Source of the DNA: Candidatus Komeilibacteria bacterium
Lineage (GTDB): Bacteria > Patescibacteriota > Patescibacteriia > UBA1558
Direction of reading: 5' to 3'
Length of the DNA: 39,457 nt
Assembly: GCA_048538235.1 (NCBI GenBank)
Contig: JBLYPX010000001.1
Location: forward strand, 745,554-785,010
The notes under the pieces were generated by a model that was given only the letters and a program-made list of their open reading frames with translations, was not told the origin of the DNA and did no database searches. Numbering within the stretch: position 1 is the stretch's first letter; the number at the start of each line of letters is the position of its first letter. The position numbers and the translations under genes are program-made. Positions 7,291 to 15,331 of this stretch are shown here, piece by piece.

Positions 7291-9093
7291 ATGAAAAAAA
7301 TACTTATAATAAGCCTAATATTAATTAGTTTAAGCTTAGTAGGGCTTAAGGCCTCTTGGACAATGCCATCCTCTAATTCTCCTATTAATATTAATGATGG
7401 CTACAATGACCAAATAGAGTTTGCAGCTACCGATCAATATATTGTCTATACGGAATATGGTGATAACACTTTTTCGCTATATCTCTACACTATATTAACT
7501 GGAGAAAAGCAATTATTAGCCGAACAGACAGGAGATAAATTTAGTCCATCAATTGATGGCACAGATATAGTCTGGCAAGCTATTGGTAGTGGTGGAAAGA
7601 AATATATTAATCACTACAATATACTTACTGAAGAAAGTGGTGCATATTTTATGCCAACTACTAGCTATCATGATACACATCCATATATTCAAGGAAATAA
7701 AATTTCATTCATTCGTTGGAACTTAAACGCTGGCACATCTTATGTAATGGTTTATGATATTGCTTCTGCTTCACTTTCTACGATAGATGGTGTTAGTCAC
7801 GGATCACAAACAAACCAAAGACATTATAGCAATACAGTTGTTTGGCAAGACAAAAGAAATGACATCGATGAAATATTTATTAAACAAACAATAGACGAAG
7901 AAGAAGTTGTTTCTAATTTATCCAATAATGGATTAAATCATTACTTTCCAAAAATATCTGATAATAATGTTATCTGGGATACAAAAAATTCTGTTTACGT
8001 AAAAAATCTAGAAGACCAATCATTACAAATTATTGGTAGCAAATCTTACGCAAACTTCTACTCTTCAATAGATGGCAATAATGTTGTTTACCAATCACAA
8101 CGTAATGGTTCTTACAATATTTATTTGTACAATCTAAAAACTAAGTCTGAAATAAGGTTAACAAATAGTTACCAGAATGATGAATCTCCTTCAATCAGAG
8201 GAAATATTGTTACTTGGCGCAGACAGAACGATAATGGTCGTTATGATGTTCACTATACTAATATAAAACCGGCTTTAGAAAAGATATATACAGAATTGAG
8301 CTTTAGTCCAATTACAACAACTGATGTACTAATTACTTGGCCAGAATATGATGATGGCAATTATGTAAATGCTACACTTTATCGCTCAAACACTTATACA
8401 GATAAAGGAATGTTAATTGGAGATCATTTAACAAATTATACATATACAGACACAAACCTAATCCCTGGCAATAACTATTATTACACTCTAACTTTAACAG
8501 ATAAGAATGGTAATGAATCAAACAACTCTGAACAGTTTAGATACACAGCTGCCAATAAGAAACTTGTGAAATTGGTCAATAGCCCAACTGTTTATTTAAT
8601 AGATGAAGATAGTTCATACATAATAGCTAGTGAAGAGATGTTCAATGCATATAAATTTAATTGGGCAGATATAATAACCATTACACAAAGAGAATTAGAT
8701 ACTTACCATTATAGTGGCGCTCTAAAATATCCTAGCGGAACTTTAATTAAGGCTAATCACAATTCTGTATATTTAATATATGGAGATATTGCTAGGCCTT
8801 TTGCTAATGAAGAAATATTTATTAGGGCTGGATATAAATGGAATCAGATAAAGCAAGTAACTCAATTAGAATTTAATACTTATGAAATTGGTGAGGAGTT
8901 AACCTTAGATAATTTCATACATCCAGACGATACATTAATTAAATATACATATAATCCTGATGTGTACTTAATAGAAAACAATACCAAGAGATTAATTATA
9001 GATGAATATAACTTTAATAGACATGGTTTTAACTGGTCAGACATCTTAACAATTCCTGTATACTGGGAATATCCTACTGGACCAAATTTATAA
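7291..9093 (+). CDS. Secreted beta-propeller repeat protein with FN3-like domain and three C-terminal ~50-aa repeats
   Basis: Signal peptide; repeats such as DGNNVVYQSQRNGSYNIYLYNL; FN3-like YTDTNLIPGNNYYYTL; three LIK..VYLI...F...GxxW repeats. Confidence 0.75.
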   Translation: MKKILIISLILISLSLVGLKASWTMPSSNSPININDGYNDQIEFAATDQYIVYTEYGDNTFSLYLYTILTGEKQLLAEQTGDKFSPSIDGTDIVWQAIGSGGKKYINHYNILTEESGAYFMPTTSYHDTHPYIQGNKISFIRWNLNAGTSYVMVYDIASASLSTIDGVSHGSQTNQRHYSNTVVWQDKRNDIDEIFIKQTIDEEEVVSNLSNNGLNHYFPKISDNNVIWDTKNSVYVKNLEDQSLQIIGSKSYANFYSSIDGNNVVYQSQRNGSYNIYLYNLKTKSEIRLTNSYQNDESPSIRGNIVTWRRQNDNGRYDVHYTNIKPALEKIYTELSFSPITTTDVLITWPEYDDGNYVNATLYRSNTYTDKGMLIGDHLTNYTYTDTNLIPGNNYYYTLTLTDKNGNESNNSEQFRYTAANKKLVKLVNSPTVYLIDEDSSYIIASEEMFNAYKFNWADIITITQRELDTYHYSGALKYPSGTLIKANHNSVYLIYGDIARPFANEEIFIRAGYKWNQIKQVTQLEFNTYEIGEELTLDNFIHPDDTLIKYTYNPDVYLIENNTKRLIIDEYNFNRHGFNWSDILTIPVYWEYPTGPNL

Positions 9094-9145
9094 TTTGGCG
9101 AAAAACAACATTTTGTACTATAATATAGGCACTTAGAATTAAAAT

Positions 9146-9598
9146 GTGCCTATGTTTAATTTAGGAAAAAGCAAAAAAAATAACGACATTGTCGAGAATG
9201 ACGACTTTTTTAATAAAGCTGCAGCTCAAACAGACGATAAATGGATCAATGAAGAAGATTATGAAGGTCAATTATCTGTTGATGTTTACGAAGATGGAGA
9301 TAATATTGTAATTAAATCTACAATCGCTGGCATTAAATCTGAAGATGTAGATATCTCTATTAATAATGAGATGATTACAATAAAAGGTAGGAGACAGCAA
9401 ACAGAAACCATAAATGAAGATAACTATTATTACCAGGAATGTTATTGGGGTGGTTTTTCTAGATCAATCATACTACCTGTAGAAATACAGCCAGATAAAG
9501 TAGATGCTTCATTAAAAAATGGCGTTCTAAAGATTGTTTTACCTAAAGCAAAGAAGTCTAAATCTGTCTCAGTTAAAGTTAATACCAGAGAAGCATGA
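9146..9598 (+). CDS. Hsp20/alpha-crystallin small heat-shock protein
   Basis: VDVYED..IAGIKSEDVDI..GGFSRSIILP..VDASLKNGVLKIVLPK. Confidence 0.92.
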   Translation: MPMFNLGKSKKNNDIVENDDFFNKAAAQTDDKWINEEDYEGQLSVDVYEDGDNIVIKSTIAGIKSEDVDISINNEMITIKGRRQQTETINEDNYYYQECYWGGFSRSIILPVEIQPDKVDASLKNGVLKIVLPKAKKSKSVSVKVNTREA

Positions 9599-9801
9599 AT
9601 TGGAGATTAATTAAGTTCTTAGACAATAACGCAGTCATTCAAAACGAAGATAATGAACAAATAATAATACCCCATCACCTATTACCAGCAGACTATAATA
9701 TTGGTGACGAGTTTACATTAAATTTCAATAAGGAAAATAACAACCTATCTGGAGATAAAGAAGCTATACAAATAATTAACTCTATTTTACAAACAGAGTA
9801 A
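9595..9801 (+). CDS. Small protein, DUF3006-like
   Basis: 68 aa, translationally coupled on both sides; AVIQ..IIIP..LLP..GD pattern. Confidence 0.55.
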   Translation: MNWRLIKFLDNNAVIQNEDNEQIIIPHHLLPADYNIGDEFTLNFNKENNNLSGDKEAIQIINSILQTE

Positions 9802-11633
9802 TGCTAAATAAAAAAACGAATGCAAATAGTTTTATGAGGTGGTTACTTATTATAGTAACCGCTTCTTTAGTTGTCCTCACTCTTATCCTAGCAGTAGGAC
9901 TTGGTTTGCATTATATATATAAGAATAAAATAATAGTTGGTGTTTATGCAGCCGAGCAAAACTTAAGTGGGAAAACAATAGATGAAGCTAAAGAAATATT
10001 AAGATCTTCTGTAGATAATTTTAAACAGTCTGGCCTTCATTATAGATATAATGATCATGCTGTAGATTTGCAAACAGATGTTACTTCCGCAGATTTAGAT
10101 AATGTGTACAGCCTAATAAGCTTTTTTCCCGATGAAACAATAGATAAATTATGGTTAATAGGTCATGAACAAGGTTATTTAAAAAACTACTGGCAGCAAA
10201 TAAGACATTTAATTATTCCCAAGCATTACGCAATAGTAATTGAAGCTAATAGCGATAGATTAGAAGAGTCTTTAAAAGACAACTTTTCACAATTTGAAAC
10301 CATCACCTCTTCTGCTCTACCGATTATAAACAGCAATGAAGATATTGAAATTACTGCTCATAAACTTGGTTTGAATTTTATATATGAAAATGTAATTGAG
10401 CAGACTATATACAATTCATCAAGATTAGATAATAGTACAATTGAGCTACAAAGGGAGATATTTTTTCCTACTGTTACCAGTAATGAAATAACTGACGATC
10501 AAGTAAATAGCCTTAAAGATTTTCTTAATGAAAATAAATATTTAACTTTGACATATAATGACAGAAATTGGAGTATTGATCCAGCTACATACAAACCTTG
10601 GATAATTTTTGATAAAAAAGATCAAAAAATAGTTTTAAGTTTAGATAAAAAACTATTCACTGAATACTTAGAAAGTAATGTAGCTAATATAATAGATCAG
10701 GAACCACAAGATGCTAAGTTCGACATTCAAAACGGTAGGGTGGTTGAATTCCAAAATAGTAGAGATGGTAGAGAACTTAATACAGAAGGAACCATTGAGC
10801 TAGTTAATACCAGCTTCTTTAACTCTGAAGACTCTACTTTCGGTTTAGTAGTGATCGAACAAAAAGCAAAACTTGCTGTTGGCGACACCAATGACATGGG
10901 AATAGTAGAAAAGATTGGTGAGGGTAGATCAAACTTTGCTGGTAGTCCAAATAATCGTGTACACAATATTCGAACAGGTGCAGAAGCTATTAATGGTTTA
11001 ATTGTAAAACCTGGGGAAACTTTCTCTTTAATAACAGCGCTTGGTCCAATTGATGGAGATCATGGCTATCTTCAAGAACTAGTTATTAAAGGAGACAAAA
11101 CTGTTCCAGAGTATGGTGGTGGTTTATGCCAAATAGGGACAACAACTTTTAGAGCAGCCTATGGTTCTGGCTTACCTATTGTTGAAAGAAGAAATCATTC
11201 ATACAGAGTATCTTACTATGAACCAGCTGGGACAGATGCTACTATTTATTCTCCAAAACCAGATATGCGCTGGCTAAACGATACAGATAGTAATATTCTT
11301 ATCCAAACAAGAATGGAAGGGACTGAATTAATTTTCGAATACTGGGGAACAAGTGATGGGAGAATAGCAACCGCAACTGAACCAAGAATATATAATATAG
11401 TTAGACCACCGGAAACAAAATATATTGAAACAACAGAATTAAAGCCTGGTGAAAAAAAATGTACAGAACGTGCACACAATGGTGCAGACGCTGAGTTTAC
11501 CTATACCGTAGAATATCCAGATGGTGAAATCAAAGAGGAAACCTTTACAAGTCACTATGTTGCCTGGCCAGAGGTCTGCTTAATTGGTGTTGATCCAGAA
11601 GAAGTTGTAGAAGAAAAAATAATTGAAGAATAA
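9801..11633 (+). CDS. VanW-family protein with peptidoglycan-binding domains
   Basis: N-terminal TM; VanW motifs NRVHNI, GGGLCQIGTT, VERRNHS, GTDATIY. Confidence 0.9.
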   Translation: MLNKKTNANSFMRWLLIIVTASLVVLTLILAVGLGLHYIYKNKIIVGVYAAEQNLSGKTIDEAKEILRSSVDNFKQSGLHYRYNDHAVDLQTDVTSADLDNVYSLISFFPDETIDKLWLIGHEQGYLKNYWQQIRHLIIPKHYAIVIEANSDRLEESLKDNFSQFETITSSALPIINSNEDIEITAHKLGLNFIYENVIEQTIYNSSRLDNSTIELQREIFFPTVTSNEITDDQVNSLKDFLNENKYLTLTYNDRNWSIDPATYKPWIIFDKKDQKIVLSLDKKLFTEYLESNVANIIDQEPQDAKFDIQNGRVVEFQNSRDGRELNTEGTIELVNTSFFNSEDSTFGLVVIEQKAKLAVGDTNDMGIVEKIGEGRSNFAGSPNNRVHNIRTGAEAINGLIVKPGETFSLITALGPIDGDHGYLQELVIKGDKTVPEYGGGLCQIGTTTFRAAYGSGLPIVERRNHSYRVSYYEPAGTDATIYSPKPDMRWLNDTDSNILIQTRMEGTELIFEYWGTSDGRIATATEPRIYNIVRPPETKYIETTELKPGEKKCTERAHNGADAEFTYTVEYPDGEIKEETFTSHYVAWPEVCLIGVDPEEVVEEKIIEE

Positions 11634-11758
11634 AAAAATACCCATTGAAGTGCAGACAAGAAAATCAGATTTGGAAGCAATTGAGCAAAAAGCCTAATTA
11701 GATCCAAGTTTGATCCCCATGCTTGTCGTGCCTGCACTTCAACAGGTACTTTAAGTAA
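11632..11758 (-). ncRNA. Candidate rod-shaped structured ncRNA of unknown family
   Basis: Own promoter TTGACA(11793-11788)-17-TAAGCT(11770-11765); 17-bp closing stem 11639-11655/11732-11748 plus inner stems; ends in U7. Confidence 0.55.
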
Positions 11759-11855
11759 TATAGGAGCTTAACACAGATATAATCTTTTGTCAAGACCTAT
11801 TATCAACAAGTGCTTAATAATTAGCTAATATTAGTCAAATACTAAGTATCTATTC

Positions 11856-11884
11856 TTGACAGAATATTAAAAATAGCATATACT
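11856..11884 (+). promoter_or_regulatory. rpmF operon promoter
   Basis: TTGACA-17-TATACT. Confidence 0.8.
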
Positions 11885-11918
11885 GTAAAAGCTTTTTTAG
11901 TAATATTAATAAATATAT

Positions 11919-12119
11919 ATGAGTGTACCGAAGAAACGAAGAACTAGCGGGTCAAAAGGTAAAAGAAGATCGCACTATAATAGAGCAGCTGTAAATTCAC
12001 AAGCTTGCCCTAAGTGTGGTGCTGCTAAACTACCTCACAGAGCCTGTGGTAAATGTGGCAACTACAAAGATAAAGAAGTTGTTAAAATAAAGTCTTCATT
12101 AGATAAAAAGAAGAAATAG
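11919..12119 (+). CDS. rpmF: 50S ribosomal protein L32
   Basis: [24 protein letters not shown]. Confidence 0.95.
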   Translation: MSVPKKRRTSGSKGKRRSHYNRAAVNSQACPKCGAAKLPHRACGKCGNYKDKEVVKIKSSLDKKKK

Positions 12120-12147
12120 TTTTTCTTCTTTTTTATTAGTTAAAATT

Positions 12148-13014
12148 ATGTCCAACAGACACCTAGCAAGAACATTATCTCTACAAACACTATTTCAGTG
12201 GGATTTTAATGAACAGAAAGAAAATATAGACGACATACTTGCTTACAATTTCAAGGAATTTGCGGTAGATTTTGATGATGATGGTTTTAGTAAAGATTTA
12301 GTTAAGGGTGTTGTAAAGAATATTGAAGAAATAAATAAGTTAATAATAAAATTCGCACCGGAGTGGCCTCTTGATCAAATAACAACCTCAGATCGTAATT
12401 GTCTTAGAATTGGAATATATGAACTTAAATTTGATCAAACCATACCACCAAAGGTTGCTATCAACGAAGCCATAGAACTTGCTAAAACATATGGCGGAGA
12501 ATCGTCTGGTAAATTTATCAATGGCGTTCTAGGTTCTATCTTTAAAGAAATGGAAGTAAAAGGTGAGAAAACAAACATGGATGAAGTAATTAAAGAGGAA
12601 ACATCTGTTGGTGGGGTTGTGTATTATAAAGAAAAAGAAGACTATAAAATAGCTTTAATATTTAGCGCTCATGATAAATGGGCACTACCAAAGGGTCATA
12701 TTGATGAGAATGAAAATGAGAAAGAAACAGCTGCTAGAGAAATATCTGAAGAAACAGGTCTTACTAAATTAAACGTAAAAGATTATCTTTGTGAAACAAA
12801 AGTTAAAATAAAGAAACCAAAAACAACAACTGTTTTAAAAACAATTAAATTTTATTTAGTTGAGAGCTTGGACGATAAAATTATTGTACCAAATACTGCT
12901 GAACTTAAAGATGTTAAATGGTTTTCTCCAAAAGAAGCTTATGAAAAAACAGATTACGATAATGTTAGAGAAGCTTTAGATAAGGCATATAAAATTTTAA
13001 ACATTAAAATATAA
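12148..13014 (+). CDS. nusB: NusB fused to a C-terminal NUDIX hydrolase
   Basis: NusB motifs [13 protein letters not shown] and [20 protein letters not shown]; complete Nudix box [23 protein letters not shown]. Confidence 0.92.
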   Translation: MSNRHLARTLSLQTLFQWDFNEQKENIDDILAYNFKEFAVDFDDDGFSKDLVKGVVKNIEEINKLIIKFAPEWPLDQITTSDRNCLRIGIYELKFDQTIPPKVAINEAIELAKTYGGESSGKFINGVLGSIFKEMEVKGEKTNMDEVIKEETSVGGVVYYKEKEDYKIALIFSAHDKWALPKGHIDENENEKETAAREISEETGLTKLNVKDYLCETKVKIKKPKTTTVLKTIKFYLVESLDDKIIVPNTAELKDVKWFSPKEAYEKTDYDNVREALDKAYKILNIKI

Positions 13015-13092
13015 TAATTAATAGTAGATATTGGTCTTTTTAAATTAACTACTAATTTCAGAAGATCAGCACCTACTAGAGGAAAACTTAAT

Positions 13093-13788
13093 ATGAGAGA
13101 CTTTAAAAAGCTTGCAAACAGCTGGGGGATAAAATTTAATGACTACGATATCCTACGCCAAGCTCATGTACACCGATCTTATTTAAATGAGCATCGTAAT
13201 TTTGAGCTTGATCATAATGAGAGATTGGAATTTTTGGGCGATGCAGTTCTTGAATTAGCTGTTACAGAATATCTATATAAAAATTATGAAAACCCTGAGG
13301 GAGAGCTTACAAACTGGCGCGCTAGCCTTGTTAATGGTCAAATGTTAGCAGTTATTGCTCAAGATTTAGAGATAGAAAAAAACCTTTTCTTAAGTAAGGG
13401 TGAATCTAAAGATCAAAACGGAAAAGCAAGAAACTATATCTTAGCTAATGCTGTAGAAGCCTGTATTGGAGCTGTGTATCTAGACCAAGGTTGGGAAGTA
13501 GCTGATCAGTTTGTTAAAAAATATGTTTTAGTAAAATTACCAGAGATATTAAAAGAAAAAAGATATATTGATCCTAAAAGTAGTTTTCAGGAGAAATCTC
13601 AAGAACTATACAGTGTTACACCAAGCTATAAAGTATTAGATGAATCTGGACCAGATCATAATAAATTCTTTAGAGTTGGTGTGTATATAAACAAAGACAA
13701 GGTTGCTGAAGGTGAAGGAAATTCAAAACAAGAAGCACAGATTGATGCAGCCAGAAATGCTTTAGAAATAAAAAAATGGTTAGACTAA
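13093..13788 (+). CDS. rnc: Ribonuclease III
   Basis: HNERLEFLGDAVLEL signature and C-terminal dsRBD. Confidence 0.97.
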   Translation: MRDFKKLANSWGIKFNDYDILRQAHVHRSYLNEHRNFELDHNERLEFLGDAVLELAVTEYLYKNYENPEGELTNWRASLVNGQMLAVIAQDLEIEKNLFLSKGESKDQNGKARNYILANAVEACIGAVYLDQGWEVADQFVKKYVLVKLPEILKEKRYIDPKSSFQEKSQELYSVTPSYKVLDESGPDHNKFFRVGVYINKDKVAEGEGNSKQEAQIDAARNALEIKKWLD

Positions 13789-13813
13789 ATTAACCAATTA
13801 AATACTATACTTT

Positions 13814-13843
13814 AAACTCCCCTATCTGTAGGGGAGTTTTTTT
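13814..13843. terminator. Terminator between rnc and the convergent gene
   Basis: AAACTCCCCTA/TAGGGGAGTTT stem followed by a T-run. Confidence 0.85.
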
Positions 13844-15230
13844 ACCAAACAAATCTACTAATAATATCTTGACCCTCTAATCTTAATCTACTATGTTCAA
13901 TTATTTCTGTTTTAGACTCGCCCGTATGAAAACCATTCTCAATGGATACCTTATACACCCCGCTCAATGCCTGGGTTAAAATTTTATCTCCTTGCTGCCA
14001 TTTTAAAGTAATAATATCTCCATCAATTTTTTGATCAATCAAAGTTCCGTTGATTTGCCAGAATTGTAAATAATTTCTTTTACCTTTATCTGCTACTACC
14101 AAACTACTACTGTCTGACTCTACTGTTCTAACAATATTACCAGCAAGTTTAATAACTGCTTTATTAACTCCAGATTCCTCTCTCTTTAAAAGTTCTGCCT
14201 GACCGCCAAATACACGCCATAAAGATCTCCAAAAATATGACCATTTAGTCATAGCAACATTATGGAATTCTGGTTTAACACTTTTAGCATCCCAACCAAC
14301 ATAACCAGGAGCAACCAACCACCAAGTATCGTTTGTCTTTAATAACACATCACCATTAGAATAATTTCTATGCAATCCTTGCCATTCTTTATCTCTTAAA
14401 CGATGCCTTATCCAAACAGTTGTATCTCCATACCTCCATATAGTCTCCTGTTTATTGTATGTATTACTATCTGGAATATTATTAAATTTAAAATTAGCTC
14501 TCCAATAATCATTAACCTCTTGAAAGGCACTTATTTTACTTGGCAAAACACTGGCAAGCGAATCATCAAAGGGTGGCTTATACCTATCTTGTGAACTAAT
14601 ACTAGCTAAATAGTTAATGTTATTAATCAAGCTCTGTTTAACATCTTCATCTTTTGTAAAATACACATAGCCAGATAGTATAGACATAGCATAAAGACCA
14701 TACTCTGGGCCTTCATAAGCATAACCATCTGGTAAATATATTTTATCTACACTTTTTCTAAGTTTTTCTTGCAAATTAGAAAACCTCTCATCTTCCAATA
14801 AATACGCAAGTGAAGCTAAAGAGGCATATTCCCTGGCATAATGATTACTATTTTTAGTGCCATGCCACATTCTTAACCTTCTATCTATTATTCTAGTAAG
14901 TGGTTTTTTAAGCTCTTCTGGTTTTCCCAACCTATCATAACCAATACATAGAGCCATTACAAAATCATTATACAAAACTTCACTTCCTTTTGGGTTATTA
15001 AAAAAGACACTATGATAAGCATCTCCAATCCAGTCTACAAACCTATATTTATATCCCTGATCAACAACCAATTTAATAAACTCCTCCTCATCTACTTCCC
15101 CATCTTCTAGCAAACCATAAGTATAGTCTCTAAGTCCTAAATAGGAAGCGTCTGCCACACCACTAGCAATAACACTTGTAAAACAAATAGAAAATAAAAT
15201 GGTTATAGTAAATATATATCTAAACATCAT
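13842..15230 (-). CDS. Secreted heparinase II/III-like (polysaccharide lyase-like) protein
   Basis: Signal peptide from ATG 15230; motifs SNH, YEGPEY, LHRNYSNG, APGY, FHNV in the order seen in heparinase II/III-type lyases. Confidence 0.55.
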   Translation of the reverse strand: MMFRYIFTITILFSICFTSVIASGVADASYLGLRDYTYGLLEDGEVDEEEFIKLVVDQGYKYRFVDWIGDAYHSVFFNNPKGSEVLYNDFVMALCIGYDRLGKPEELKKPLTRIIDRRLRMWHGTKNSNHYAREYASLASLAYLLEDERFSNLQEKLRKSVDKIYLPDGYAYEGPEYGLYAMSILSGYVYFTKDEDVKQSLINNINYLASISSQDRYKPPFDDSLASVLPSKISAFQEVNDYWRANFKFNNIPDSNTYNKQETIWRYGDTTVWIRHRLRDKEWQGLHRNYSNGDVLLKTNDTWWLVAPGYVGWDAKSVKPEFHNVAMTKWSYFWRSLWRVFGGQAELLKREESGVNKAVIKLAGNIVRTVESDSSSLVVADKGKRNYLQFWQINGTLIDQKIDGDIITLKWQQGDKILTQALSGVYKVSIENGFHTGESKTEIIEHSRLRLEGQDIISRFVW

Positions 15231-15331
15231 AAAGATATTATACCAAAAACTAAGAATAAAAGCTTGAATAGTAATTGAAAAAAGACCCAAATAATGCTAA
15301 AATAAATTATGTTTATTACGAATATATAATA

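Noticed and set aside
11555-11737. 60-aa minus-strand ORF over the hairpin RNA
   Set aside because: GTG start with no SD, overlaps the vanW 3' end antisense, and begins inside a strong stem; structure explains the region better
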